Positions 7,425-17,109 of a stretch of DNA of 64,000 nt are shown here, piece after piece. Where the stretch lies: IMG/VR virus record IMGVR_UViG_3300034356_003109. One strand, written 5' to 3'. A program made the translations under genes and the position numbers. The DNA is from an uncultured virus (IMG/VR IMGVR_UViG_3300034356_003109). Taxonomy: Duplodnaviria; Heunggongvirae; Uroviricota; Caudoviricetes. The notes under the pieces are model-generated. The model did not search any database. It was not told the DNA's origin and saw nothing but the letters and a program-made list of their open reading frames with translations. The first letter of the stretch is position 1; each line of letters opens with the position of its first letter.

Positions 7425-7796
7425 TTAATATTTAGACCAGCCTCCTGACCAATAATCATCTCCGTAGTGAATAAAAATTTCTTCTTCAGCATTTATTTCT
7501 TTTATTGTTTTTATGCAAATACCATTACTTGTAGTTACCCATATAGCATTATTATTATCGTTATGATTGTAAATTGAGATGTGACCCAATGCAATAACAT
7601 AATTATCTTCGTTTTTAGGAAAAGAAAAAACAATTTTTCTAAGATTTTCAGGAGTATCTTGCCATTTACTAGCCCAACAACTGCTAAATGGAGAATGTTC
7701 CACTATGACATCAGCACAATGATGTATTTTTGTAAAGACACCAAGACCTCGCGTAGTATTTCTAATTTCTAAAGAAGAAGAAATAAAATAATTCAT
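7425..7796 (-). CDS. SET-domain protein (lysine methyltransferase-like)
   Basis: RGLGVF, SIYNH..NN, IK.I...EEIFIHYG motifs. Confidence 0.85.
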   Translation of the reverse strand: MNYFISSSLEIRNTTRGLGVFTKIHHCADVIVEHSPFSSCWASKWQDTPENLRKIVFSFPKNEDNYVIALGHISIYNHNDNNNAIWVTTSNGICIKTIKEINAEEEIFIHYGDDYWSGGWSKY

Positions 7797-8047
7797 TTGT
7801 TTTCTAAGAACTGTTTTAATCTTTTTTGATTATCTGTATTTAATATTATAAAATCAGACCAAGGCTTTCCGTATCTAAGGATTTGCCAACACCATCTTAA
7901 TCTTTCTGACCATCTTAAGATTCTGCCATCCATTCCTCTTTCAAATAGACTCAAACACACTTCTTCTTCGCCTTCGAACTTCTCGACAAGAAGTCCATGA
8001 CTAAAACAATCGCAAATAAGAAATGCCGAATCTTTTTCTTCTTTCAT
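7793..8047 (-). CDS. hypothetical protein
   Basis: Packed ORF. Confidence 0.65.
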   Translation of the reverse strand: MKEEKDSAFLICDCFSHGLLVEKFEGEEEVCLSLFERGMDGRILRWSERLRWCWQILRYGKPWSDFIILNTDNQKRLKQFLENK

Positions 8048-8634
8048 TCTATTCTGATATTTCTTTCTATCTTATAAAGCGTAGTAGATAAGAAAGATAA
8101 AACTTTAATGGTTTTAAAGAATATAAAACTAACGCTGCGATTATACGGCTTTACAAAATACTTGTATTTCCAAGTCTGTCTAAATTGATAGTTTTCTTTA
8201 TTTTTCTTAGCGAATTCGACATCTCGGATCTTTCTTTTGGCGTTTTCATTCGCTTCGAAATTAATAATCTTTACTGAAGACATTTTGCCGTTAATAAATA
8301 CAGCTTCGTAAGTTATGAAGTAATCATAATCAGTCTTATTAGAATCAATAAAATCATAAAATTGTATTGTACAAGTATTGGTCAAAGGTTCAAGCCAAGT
8401 CTTTATGGTTTTTAAATGACCTATTTTACTTAGGAAGCCTTCGCCATTTGGATCTCCTTCTATCCATTCTGTATCTCGACGTTCAATAAGCAATTGACCA
8501 TCTTTGTCAATAATATAAACATCTAAAGCACATTCAAAATCTTTAGTTTGAAAGCCATGCGAACCAGTATAACCTTTTGGGTCTTCTGGCATTGGCAGTG
8601 GACAATGACAATCTACACTATTATACATTCCCAT
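8044..8634 (-). CDS. hypothetical phage protein
   Basis: MGMY...C..PLP...FQTKD N-terminus typical of phage proteins. Confidence 0.7.
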   Translation of the reverse strand: MGMYNSVDCHCPLPMPEDPKGYTGSHGFQTKDFECALDVYIIDKDGQLLIERRDTEWIEGDPNGEGFLSKIGHLKTIKTWLEPLTNTCTIQFYDFIDSNKTDYDYFITYEAVFINGKMSSVKIINFEANENAKRKIRDVEFAKKNKENYQFRQTWKYKYFVKPYNRSVSFIFFKTIKVLSFLSTTLYKIERNIRIE

Positions 8635-8637
8635 AAA

Positions 8638-8868
8638 TTAATTTCCTTTATTTTTAAACTCTTGCACATCATACAAGAAATTGCGAAACAACTGATAATC
8701 CTCAATATCGACCAAAGGCACTCCATTAAGCTTGTAATCTTTAACATAGTCCAAGATGGTATCAACATAATAAGATGGAATAATAATATTCTTTCCATCA
8801 TACTTTAAATCGTCACTTTGAACAAGTATCTTGTCATTAATATTCTTCATATATAAATCTTTAATCAT
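8638..8868 (-). CDS. hypothetical protein
   Basis: Packed ORF. Confidence 0.55.
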   Translation of the reverse strand: MIKDLYMKNINDKILVQSDDLKYDGKNIIIPSYYVDTILDYVKDYKLNGVPLVDIEDYQLFRNFLYDVQEFKNKGN

Positions 8869-8905
8869 TTCGTTTATAATAATCTATGCTTAGACATAGT
8901 CAAGG

Positions 8906-9298
8906 TTAATTTGATAATTTTTCAATATTACCTTCAGTGTCTGAATAAAAAACCTCATTGACGTTGTATGACTTAATTAAGCTCAAACAGCCGGGACACG
9001 GTTTACTGTTAGCTAAACGGCCTTTCCTGTCAACTCTAAGAACGATCATAGAGTGATCGTCGAGATTGTCAAGCCCTGATTTGAGAATGACATCTAACTC
9101 CGCATGAGTGCCAACGTATCCATCGTGATACGGATGTTTCGCGATTTTGGGGTGAGTTCTTTTTCTATTCCAACCAATTTTAACTATCTTATTTTTCTTG
9201 ATAAGAAAAGCTATATGAGAATTGTTTACATTCTTCCAGTTGGTAGGGCATAAAGCGTGCGCGGTTTCAACCGCTCGTTTCAATATTCGCAACTTCAT
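8906..9298 (-). CDS. Zn-dependent cytidine/adenosine deaminase-fold protein
   Basis: GWN, THAE and SKPCPGC zinc-binding motifs. Confidence 0.8.
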   Translation of the reverse strand: MKLRILKRAVETAHALCPTNWKNVNNSHIAFLIKKNKIVKIGWNRKRTHPKIAKHPYHDGYVGTHAELDVILKSGLDNLDDHSMIVLRVDRKGRLANSKPCPGCLSLIKSYNVNEVFYSDTEGNIEKLSN

Positions 9299-9595
9299 TT
9301 ACGACCAGATACGATGTTTTTCACGGATAACTTCTTTTCCATTTATTGCATCGACCCGCCATTCAACATCATCTGGTATTTCTACAATCTTTAATGTAGT
9401 ATACAACAAACCGTTGGCTTTAGCACCAAGTTTTTGCACCGCTTCTACAAGTAAAGGATTGCTTCTATCATTATCAAAAGAATAAGCATTTATTTGCGAC
9501 TTGGCTTTTGGGTTTTTTATCTTTTTTTGAATAAGTGATATAGCATCAGCACTTATAGCAAAATTACTATAAGAAGTATTAATTACGACTTGCAT
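9299..9595 (-). CDS. conserved phage protein, paralog of 873..1220
   Basis: Shared motifs with 873..1220. Confidence 0.8.
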   Translation of the reverse strand: MQVVINTSYSNFAISADAISLIQKKIKNPKAKSQINAYSFDNDRSNPLLVEAVQKLGAKANGLLYTTLKIVEIPDDVEWRVDAINGKEVIREKHRIWS

Positions 9596-9752
9596 ATATT
9601 GAAATTAGTTTTTCGAGTTCGTCACAGACGGTTTTAATATCTGCGGTTAATTGGCTAGGTTGGATTCCGACTTCATCCATCGTGCGGTCATCTTCTCCGG
9701 TACGCCATTTATTGTATGCGCGAAGACGTTCTATAGATTGTTCAATCATGAG

Positions 9753-10112
9753 TTAAATAAAAATTTGGTTTAAATATAGCTTGAATATTATCCAGATAGT
9801 AAAAATGTGCCACACGTTATCAACAACGATTAATGACCACGGTGCAAGAGGTGGTTTTGTGAAATTCTTTTGCCCTATAGTTCTCATGTACCAAGGTATT
9901 AATTGCCATCTATCTTGTATGTAATGTGTTATAAATAAAACGATAAACGCTGTAGGGTTCCATATAGAACCCATTAAACATACGCAACTCGCCCAAATTA
10001 AACAGTGAAGCGCACAAATGTAATTATCTTTTTTCTTGTTTTCAGCGATAAAATCAAATTGCAGCAGATAATCTGCTACTAAATGTCCTATGATTGCTGA
10101 AGTTAAGTCCAT
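9753..10112 (-). CDS. DUF3307-like membrane protein
   Basis: GHLVADYLLQ, H, THY..D, DN.WH pattern with hydrophobic helices. Confidence 0.7.
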   Translation of the reverse strand: MDLTSAIIGHLVADYLLQFDFIAENKKKDNYICALHCLIWASCVCLMGSIWNPTAFIVLFITHYIQDRWQLIPWYMRTIGQKNFTKPPLAPWSLIVVDNVWHIFTIWIIFKLYLNQIFI

Positions 10113-10306
10113 TACATCCTCGCTTCTATATCGTCTATCGAACCATACTCATTATAAATATAATCAAACAGCCAATCTTCGGCGTAAATAGTTATATTTA
10201 ATTCTTTTGTTAGATTGTCGTATAATGCGTGCTGTTTGGCATTCATATCTCTGATTTCATCACGGGTTTTGCAAATCAGTTCGTATTGTTGGGGTGTAAA
10301 TTTCAT
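10112..10306 (-). CDS. hypothetical protein
   Basis: Packed ORF. Confidence 0.55.
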   Translation of the reverse strand: MKFTPQQYELICKTRDEIRDMNAKQHALYDNLTKELNITIYAEDWLFDYIYNEYGSIDDIEARM

Positions 10307-10641
10307 TTCCAAAATATTTGAAGTGCGACTATACTAGCGCAAAAAAATAACAATGTCAAAGTCTTTAAGTTTAATTTTTCACCAAAATGATAAGAAGTTA
10401 AAACTGTAAATAATACTATGCCTATTGTAAAAGTTAATATTCTGTTCGGCCAAATCAAACCATTAAAATGTTCATTAATTAATTTGATAGCGCGAATAGA
10501 TATTAAAGTCGATGGTACGCTTATCCATATTAAATAATATTCATATTTTTTAAACCATTCGGATAAAAATTGTCCATGTAATTGATACCATCCAATTACA
10601 TAAACTAAGCTAAGTAATAATATTGCTAATAACAATTTCAT
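10303..10641 (-). CDS. four-helix small membrane protein (SMR/DMT-like topology)
   Basis: Four hydrophobic segments; FGEKLNLK.L motif. Confidence 0.6.
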   Translation of the reverse strand: MKLLLAILLLSLVYVIGWYQLHGQFLSEWFKKYEYYLIWISVPSTLISIRAIKLINEHFNGLIWPNRILTFTIGIVLFTVLTSYHFGEKLNLKTLTLLFFCASIVALQIFWK

Positions 10642-11310
10642 TTATATCCACAGCATATCCATGTGGTCTACGAATAATTGTAAACCTTGTTTTTTACGAG
10701 TTTCGAGTTGATCGCATGTTTTTGTATATTCGTCCCAAGCTTGTTTTGCTTCAAGAGTTCTTTCTCTATTGAAATAATTTTTATCTTTAATGTCCGAACT
10801 ACACGATTTAGGAAAAGGTGCATACTTATCAGGATCGATAATATAATCAAAAGCAAAAATCATTTCATCCAAAATGCGATTGATTTCTTTTTCACCGATC
10901 TTTTCCGCTTTTTCTCTATCTTCATCTTGTAGATTGTCATAATTACTAGGCAAAAATTTCATTGGAATGCCCATTTTACCTTTCTTCTTAAAATATTGCA
11001 AACGAGGAACTATATATTTAGCAATATTAGTTTCTAAAGAGTAAACTTCATCATCGGAAACTCTATAACGGAATTTCTGGTATTGGCATTTGATCCACCA
11101 ACGCAATTCATTATAATTTCCTCTCAGTCCCCATCCAAGTCGATAAGGAAGAAAATCAATAAACTGATCTACATATTTATTATATATGTAATAATCATTA
11201 GCTTTTCCTTCAAACATCTTGTTTAGCTTTACTTGTTGATCATGCCAGCCTTTAAGACGTTTTTCTTTTTGTTCTAGCGTTTCGAAATCAAATTGTAATT
11301 GATAGCTCAT
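10642..11310 (-). CDS. hypothetical phage protein
   Basis: ILDEMIFAF...GLQLF pattern, 222 aa. Confidence 0.7.
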   Translation of the reverse strand: MSYQLQFDFETLEQKEKRLKGWHDQQVKLNKMFEGKANDYYIYNKYVDQFIDFLPYRLGWGLRGNYNELRWWIKCQYQKFRYRVSDDEVYSLETNIAKYIVPRLQYFKKKGKMGIPMKFLPSNYDNLQDEDREKAEKIGEKEINRILDEMIFAFDYIIDPDKYAPFPKSCSSDIKDKNYFNRERTLEAKQAWDEYTKTCDQLETRKKQGLQLFVDHMDMLWI

Positions 11311-11687
11311 AGTGTTTTATTATAAGAATCAATATAAGATTCTATATTGTATTTTCCTATGGGATTCATAGAATGCACAACATACGGTGGATGTTTAATT
11401 CCACGCTCCATACAGTAATTTACTAACCATTTAGCTGCGTCATATCCTGTCTTTTCCTTATAAGAATCATAAGGAATATCATCGTTATTTAAACCGTGGC
11501 CGTAATGAATATCTGCTAGATCGTGATCGTAGCAGACGAACTTGGGAACCCCTCTAAGAGTTATTAAATCTACAAATTCCTTGTAGCTTCGTACAACAGA
11601 ATAATGTTGATCAACTGGTATATTAACCCAAGTGACATCGGTTGGGACGCGAATATCATCAAGGAACAAATTATATTTACTTATCAT
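11307..11687 (-). CDS. cyclic-phosphate-processing receiver-like domain protein
   Basis: LFLDDIR, YDHDL, KTGYD, VHSMNPIG motifs. Confidence 0.7.
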   Translation of the reverse strand: MISKYNLFLDDIRVPTDVTWVNIPVDQHYSVVRSYKEFVDLITLRGVPKFVCYDHDLADIHYGHGLNNDDIPYDSYKEKTGYDAAKWLVNYCMERGIKHPPYVVHSMNPIGKYNIESYIDSYNKTL

Positions 11688-12352
11688 AGCTCAAATGCGG
11701 CGATTGTATGTTGGAAGGGGTTGCCTTCAATATTCTTTACTAGATTTAACATCTCAGCAGCAATCTCTCGGATTTCTTTCTGAGCATCAGGCTTGTTGCG
11801 AAGCTCAAGGAAGTGATAAAAACTGCGCCAATTAAACATAACATCAGCTTGAATTTGAGAATTATAAGCCTTGAAGAATCGAGCAGATTCCTTAGCTCGC
11901 TTGCGACCTAAAGTTGGTTCAAGATCTTTAACGCATTGATGATAAAGAGTATTGCCAAGGTGAGTATAATCTTCAAGTATTGTAGTCCATTTACTATTTT
12001 GTACTCCTTCTTTATCAAAGGTAGATTCAATATCTCCCCAATCACTAGGAATCAAATACTTATCTTCTTTTATCTCCTTGTACCTAGCAGACTCTCCATT
12101 AATAGATACGCCAACCCTATGTTTTAATTTATGAATATGGGAAGCTATATCAGAATTAACAAGAAAGTGGAGGCTAGATTTTTCAAATGGGGTATGATGC
12201 CCAGCGTCCGCAAGCATTTTGAGAAGCTTTGGGATTCTCTGAACTTTATCCTCTGTCAAATCTCGACTTGTTGATGTCCACGCCGAACACGCATGAACCT
12301 GATCGTTTCCATAGTAGCCAAGTAACTCGACGCTATTCTGATGTTTATTCAT
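11684..12352 (-). CDS. thyX: FAD-dependent thymidylate synthase
   Basis: GHHTPFE, KHRVGVSINGESARY (ThyX motif), KESAR, NWRS..HF..LR, AQKEIR. Confidence 0.92.
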   Translation of the reverse strand: MNKHQNSVELLGYYGNDQVHACSAWTSTSRDLTEDKVQRIPKLLKMLADAGHHTPFEKSSLHFLVNSDIASHIHKLKHRVGVSINGESARYKEIKEDKYLIPSDWGDIESTFDKEGVQNSKWTTILEDYTHLGNTLYHQCVKDLEPTLGRKRAKESARFFKAYNSQIQADVMFNWRSFYHFLELRNKPDAQKEIREIAAEMLNLVKNIEGNPFQHTIAAFEL

Positions 12353-12848
12353 TTAATTTGTATTTATTTGTTTCTTTATCGAAAATTATTTTACCTTTTT
12401 TTACTAACTCGTATGCTATCTCTTCTAATTGACAATGTAAATTTCTATGTTCTGTAATATCCTTACAAAGCACTAAATTGTCAAGAGAATTGTTTAGTTT
12501 ATCGCCGTCTATATGATGGATTTGTTCTCCACGGTATCCTTGAGTAGTTTTTAACTCTCTACCAAGAAATTTTTCATAAATTGCAACGTGTTCTCTTTTA
12601 TATTTTTGCCTTCCAGAGGCATGGAACTCTCCTTCAACTTTGACCATTTTATAACCGTCACTAGAAATATATTCTCCACCTCCCCATCTGCCGCTATTTT
12701 CTCGACTAAATTGAGGTCTTTTTATTCCTTTTTGTGTGCCTACGGTTACGCAATTTTTACAAAATGGAGTTTTCTTAATTTTAAATTTGTATTTATCAGT
12801 TTCTTGAACTTTATTACAGATCGGACATAGATATGTTATCTTTTTCAT
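12345..12848 (-). CDS. HNH homing endonuclease
   Basis: CPIC/CKNC, EHV, IHHIDGDKLNN..NL; overlaps the thyX start. Confidence 0.85.
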   Translation of the reverse strand: MKKITYLCPICNKVQETDKYKFKIKKTPFCKNCVTVGTQKGIKRPQFSRENSGRWGGGEYISSDGYKMVKVEGEFHASGRQKYKREHVAIYEKFLGRELKTTQGYRGEQIHHIDGDKLNNSLDNLVLCKDITEHRNLHCQLEEIAYELVKKGKIIFDKETNKYKLNE

Positions 12849-12903
12849 TATAGAATTATACACTTATATACACGAAAAGTGAAATGTATAAGAGAAGATG
12901 TAA

Positions 12904-13674
12904 TCATATATCTGAAAATTTTTTAATTTCTAACTTACCGTTGCTGAACACTATATACTCATTTAGTCCGTTGTCAATGCAAAGATTGTCGCAATCTGCT
13001 GGATTCACGTTGCCATCCAAATGGTGAGGATTAACTCTACCATTTTTATGATAAGTATGTCCAACGATTTGTTTTAATCCTTCAATAGGTTGAAACTCTT
13101 GTTTAAAATCTAGCCAAACAATTCCTCCACCTTTCTTAGGGCCACCTCGACTTCGGCCAGCATAATAAAACCAATGATTTTGATCTGTCCGTAAAGCAAT
13201 GTTTGCGCGTTCTATCTCTTTTACAAAAAATAGATTCAAGTCATCATTGTTTTTAACAGATGGATCTATGTAATCAGAAAACAGTCCAGCATGAGTACAA
13301 AGATAGTCATCAATCCAAAAACGCCATTTGAACTTGTTGGTAATATTTTGACGCTCAGATCCTAGTATTTCATCGATAGCAAAAAACTTTCTATCTTCAT
13401 ACCCACTGCACATAGTATAGTGATTATTAAATAGATAATGTAGATCATGATTACCAAAAAGAGTATAGTTATTCGGCGCAGATAGATATCGCATCAAATA
13501 ATCAGCAGTCTTTTTATAATCATCGGAATCATCCAAATTAAAACTATCAAACCAATCGCCAAGACAAATATTTATGTCTGCCGATTCGTGCTGAATAATC
13601 TTATTGAACTTCTCGATGTTATTGTGAAGATCGGAAAGTATTACTATTTTCTTTTTGTGACTATCGAATGTCAT
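12904..13674 (-). CDS. calcineurin-like metallophosphoesterase
   Basis: SDLH, LGDWFD, GNHD, THAG, VGHT motifs. Confidence 0.9.
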   Translation of the reverse strand: MTFDSHKKKIVILSDLHNNIEKFNKIIQHESADINICLGDWFDSFNLDDSDDYKKTADYLMRYLSAPNNYTLFGNHDLHYLFNNHYTMCSGYEDRKFFAIDEILGSERQNITNKFKWRFWIDDYLCTHAGLFSDYIDPSVKNNDDLNLFFVKEIERANIALRTDQNHWFYYAGRSRGGPKKGGGIVWLDFKQEFQPIEGLKQIVGHTYHKNGRVNPHHLDGNVNPADCDNLCIDNGLNEYIVFSNGKLEIKKFSDI

Positions 13675-14038
13675 TTCTAAATTGTGTTTTAAAAGGATCA
13701 ATCGTTGGTTTGCTGATCATGATTCTTGTATCAGTTTCGTTTTCTTTAACTTCTAACCATTTGACTTCAAAGTCGCCTTTTTCATTTCCACTCATTTCTA
13801 GCGTTCGATCATTAACATGAAAAATAATACCGTGGACATGGAGCTTAGTAATGGGCATGCTAGTTCCTAATCCAACGTTATCTGATCCTCCAATACCAAG
13901 ATTGCCATTATTAAGTGAAAAATCTTTTGACGGTTGAATATTCTCTTCTGCTTTGATTAGAGATGGAGTCGCTGCTGCCGCTACAAAACCGCCAAATATA
14001 GATTTAAAGAATCCCTTACGAGTGAATTTCATACTCAT
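13661..14038 (-). CDS. exported protein with Tat-like signal
   Basis: TRKGFFKS followed by an Ala-rich hydrophobic stretch; GNLGIG/VGLGT repeats. Confidence 0.55.
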   Translation of the reverse strand: MSMKFTRKGFFKSIFGGFVAAAATPSLIKAEENIQPSKDFSLNNGNLGIGGSDNVGLGTSMPITKLHVHGIIFHVNDRTLEMSGNEKGDFEVKWLEVKENETDTRIMISKPTIDPFKTQFRNDIR

Positions 14039-14049
14039 ATATTATAACT

Positions 14050-14466
14050 TTATTTGTCATAGTCTATTTTTCCAATGACGTTTATGCGAAAAGTATTAGT
14101 TACTTTTCCATCATTAGAACTGGTTATAATGTAGCTCTCTTCAATCGTACCGTCAAGAAAAAAAACAATTTTTGTTGCAGATGATTCTATTATTTTTAAA
14201 TCGTTAGTTATTGCGGCAAGTTCATCTGGATTCTCAAGAGAGTTTATAGTGTATTCTTCATCGAAAGATAATTCAATATCTTTTTGATGGTATGCCGCTT
14301 GATGACGTTTGTTTATTAGAAATGTTTTTAAATTCTCTCGCGCTTCTTGATATCTATTTCCATTAAAAGAATCAAAATTAATAACAATCGCGGCAATTAT
14401 TGATAATAAAATCGTAGTCGCCAATACTATCTCTATAAGAGTAAACCCTTTGGATTTACCAATCAT
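14050..14466 (-). CDS. prepilin-type N-terminal methylation domain protein (pilin/pseudopilin-like)
   Basis: KG-FTLIE followed by a hydrophobic helix. Confidence 0.8.
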   Translation of the reverse strand: MIGKSKGFTLIEIVLATTILLSIIAAIVINFDSFNGNRYQEARENLKTFLINKRHQAAYHQKDIELSFDEEYTINSLENPDELAAITNDLKIIESSATKIVFFLDGTIEESYIITSSNDGKVTNTFRINVIGKIDYDK

Positions 14467-14740
14467 TATATTTTGGTAGTTTTTCCAACTCTTTTTGTCT
14501 TTCAATGGCTCGTTTTAAAATGGTTTTTAACTCCATTAGTGCCGTCTCGTAAGAAACACAAGTTATTTCTATATTATCGGTGACATATCCATGATGTAAC
14601 ACTCTATATTTTGGCTGCTCGCCATAAGACCAGCGCGTTTCTATATACCAATGACAGTCTTTATCTTTATGGTGATCGCCGCTGATAAGATCGTGCCATT
14701 CTTCAGATAGCTTTACTATATCTTTTTGTATGTCAGTCAT
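14456..14740 (-). CDS. hypothetical protein
   Basis: Packed ORF. Confidence 0.65.
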   Translation of the reverse strand: MTDIQKDIVKLSEEWHDLISGDHHKDKDCHWYIETRWSYGEQPKYRVLHHGYVTDNIEITCVSYETALMELKTILKRAIERQKELEKLPKYNDW

Positions 14741-14954
14741 GAATATCTATGTGTCGAGCGTTAAGTTCATCATACAAAATTGTATGAATGGTGTCAAGAG
14801 CTTCACTCACATTTTCGAAATCGTTACCGTGCTTGCGGTAGCTTCTTAATCTTTCAGCAAGATGACAAATCACTGCATACATATCAGCAGATTGGTTTGC
14901 TATTTCAAATTGCTTTTGATCTTCAGGAAGATTGAATTCTAAGATTGCTTTCAT
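14733..14954 (-). CDS. hypothetical phage protein
   Basis: MKAILEFNLPED start, packed ORF. Confidence 0.7.
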   Translation of the reverse strand: MKAILEFNLPEDQKQFEIANQSADMYAVICHLAERLRSYRKHGNDFENVSEALDTIHTILYDELNARHIDIHD

Positions 14955-15612
14955 ATTTTAAAATTTGTTCACCGATATATTTAGTATACGCAGGAGGAAT
15001 GGCTTCAGTTAATTCCCAACCACGACCTGCCCAAGGCATATCCATTACCTTGCGCCAAACATCGATTGAGCCTTTGCGACGACTCTTGCCGGTAACGCTC
15101 ATATCGCGATAATCGATGCCATTATCTTCGGCGTATTTTTTAGAATATCCACGTTTAGTAATGCTTTTTAATTCTGCAACTGGAAAATTACATTCAAAAT
15201 ATCGCGTTCTTTCGATTGGCATATTAAACATATAACCAGTTAACTTAAATGGTTCTATAAGATATTCTTTTGCGCCAGCAACGTTTTCGATAATATAATA
15301 TTTACCAGTATTAATTAACGCATTACGAACTGGCTCAATTAGTTTTGGCGTGTCTTTGCCTTGAGAATAATGAACGTAGACTGAATCAGGCTTTGTAGCG
15401 TTACTATATCCCTGACAAGGAGGTGATGCGTGAATAACGTCAAATGAGCCAAGAAACTCTTTATCTTTCAGGATTTCCATTACATCTCCTTTAATGAATT
15501 TAAAAGGATAACTAGGTTGATCTTTAATATCAACTCCGGTCACTTCGAATCCTGCTTGGCTGTAACCCATGCTTGCTCCACCAGCGCAGCAAAATAAATC
15601 AAGTAATTTCAT
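14923..15612 (-). CDS. DNA cytosine-5 methyltransferase
   Basis: DLFCCAGG (motif I), SPPCQ (catalytic), ENV, R.R.FE. Confidence 0.85.
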   Translation of the reverse strand: MKLLDLFCCAGGASMGYSQAGFEVTGVDIKDQPSYPFKFIKGDVMEILKDKEFLGSFDVIHASPPCQGYSNATKPDSVYVHYSQGKDTPKLIEPVRNALINTGKYYIIENVAGAKEYLIEPFKLTGYMFNMPIERTRYFECNFPVAELKSITKRGYSKKYAEDNGIDYRDMSVTGKSRRKGSIDVWRKVMDMPWAGRGWELTEAIPPAYTKYIGEQILKYESNLRIQSS

Positions 15613-15677
15613 AAATTTGTAAAGCAAATGTAAAAGTTGTATCTTTTTGATTGTTTAACGTGTCAATTATTGTAGAT

Positions 15678-15944
15678 ATGAAATATCTACTATCAATTAT
15701 CGCGTTGACCCTCTCACTTAATGCCCAAGGTATACCAGATCATCCTCCCGGTCAAGGGGAAAATCGTCGTAAACCTCCTGAAATTTCGAAAGAATTTCGA
15801 GAAGAGATGTTGAAAAAATACGACACAAATAAAGACGGAAAATTAGATAGAGAAGAAAGGTCTAAAATTTCCCTTGAAGATCGCAAAAAGGTGGGTCCAC
15901 CTCGCAGAGGACCAAAAGGCCCGCCTTCTCCAAGAAAAAATTAA
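15678..15944 (+). CDS. secreted EF-hand protein
   Basis: Signal peptide MKYLLSIIALTLSLNA; EF-hand DTNKDGKLDREE; Pro/Arg-rich flanks. Confidence 0.75.
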   Translation: MKYLLSIIALTLSLNAQGIPDHPPGQGENRRKPPEISKEFREEMLKKYDTNKDGKLDREERSKISLEDRKKVGPPRRGPKGPPSPRKN

Positions 15945-15945
15945 T

Positions 15946-15978
15946 AAAAAACCCACAGATTTAACTCTGTGGGTTGTT
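15946..15978. terminator. bidirectional intrinsic terminator
   Basis: AACCCACAGA/TCTGTGGGTT stem between convergent genes. Confidence 0.7.
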
Positions 15979-15993
15979 TGCTTATATCAATAA

Positions 15994-16293
15994 TTACTCA
16001 GAAACTGTATTTGAATCGTTGTCAGAAGCAGCTTGTAGACGATCTGCTTGAGCGTTGATTACGTCTGCGGCTGCTTGAATAGCCTCTTCAGTAGGATGTG
16101 GAGTGTTTAGCACCTTTACGGCCTGATCAGTGATTGAAGATAGGCGGGTGATAGCGTCTTGTAGGTTAGTTAGTGAGGACATAATATGTTCTATTTGTTT
16201 TTGTAACGATGCTTGCTTATCTGCGATCTCTTTAATCTGTTTATTTTCACTTAAAAATATAGATTTAAGATTTTTTAGAAAAGTATTCATCAT
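15994..16293 (-). CDS. coiled-coil hypothetical protein
   Basis: Ala/Gln-rich helical ORF. Confidence 0.6.
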   Translation of the reverse strand: MMNTFLKNLKSIFLSENKQIKEIADKQASLQKQIEHIMSSLTNLQDAITRLSSITDQAVKVLNTPHPTEEAIQAAADVINAQADRLQAASDNDSNTVSE

Positions 16294-16342
16294 TAAAATA
16301 TTTTATATAAAAAATTGAATTTGTAAGTCACAAACAAGTTAA

Positions 16343-16714
16343 TTATTCACACTTTTTAAAACCCAGCAGTATTGCCGATTGTGTAGATAGTGTTTTGTAC
16401 CATCCATGTTTTTCGCAAAGATGTCCTTTGCCGCCAGTCACTTCACAAGTTTTAGATGAAAGTTTCGCATACTTGTCAATCATAGCAGAGGTCACTTCAT
16501 TTCCGCCGCTCGCATAAAACCGAAGTCCTGCAAATTTCTCCTTGACTTGAGCCGCGACGACTTGTTGGCAACCAGAGTTATTAATTTCATGTTGCATATC
16601 TTTGCAAAGATCAAAGATAATATCAAACCATCCATCATCACATTCAAAATAAAAATTCTCCTTAAAGATGTCAGGAAATCTATTAATTAGTTTATCGCTA
16701 TTCTTGTCAGTCAT
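16343..16714 (-). CDS. conserved phage protein
   Basis: ECDDGW, QVKEKFAGLRFY, TCEVTG, GWYKTL. Confidence 0.75.
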   Translation of the reverse strand: MTDKNSDKLINRFPDIFKENFYFECDDGWFDIIFDLCKDMQHEINNSGCQQVVAAQVKEKFAGLRFYASGGNEVTSAMIDKYAKLSSKTCEVTGGKGHLCEKHGWYKTLSTQSAILLGFKKCE

Positions 16715-16849
16715 TGTATTTATCTTTTTTGTTTAAATCAAAAGGGTTTTCGTCTTGTTCTTCGATTTCTCCAAGACAGTCTATGCAAACAGAACAATAA
16801 TTTAAATCTTCTAAAAATGCGGTTTTTTTGCCGCAGTAATCGCAGTTCA

Positions 16850-17068
16850 TTATAGAGCGGATAATTTAAGAATTTCGTCTAAGCTCTCTTTTACTCTAAT
16901 TGGATGCATGGTACTATTTTTAGTAAAAATCAGACTATGAATATGAGACTGTTCTACATTAACAACCATATCTAAATTAATGAGTTGAGGATTGTATTGT
17001 CTATTAGTTTTATTTACCAAGTCATCGTGACCGGGATCTAATACGTTTAATCTTACGAAATGAGCCAT
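16850..17068 (-). CDS. FlbD-like small protein
   Basis: LINLDMV..VE and VKES.DEI pattern. Confidence 0.45.
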   Translation of the reverse strand: MAHFVRLNVLDPGHDDLVNKTNRQYNPQLINLDMVVNVEQSHIHSLIFTKNSTMHPIRVKESLDEILKLSAL

Positions 17069-17070
17069 AT

Positions 17071-17107
17071 AAAAAAAGCGGTTTTAAGGATTACCGCAAA
17101 CCTTTTT
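17071..17107 (-). terminator. terminator with possible pseudoknot
   Basis: AAGGTTT-GCGGT-AATCCTT-AAA-ACCGC-TTTTTTT. Confidence 0.55.
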
Positions 17108-17109
17108 AA

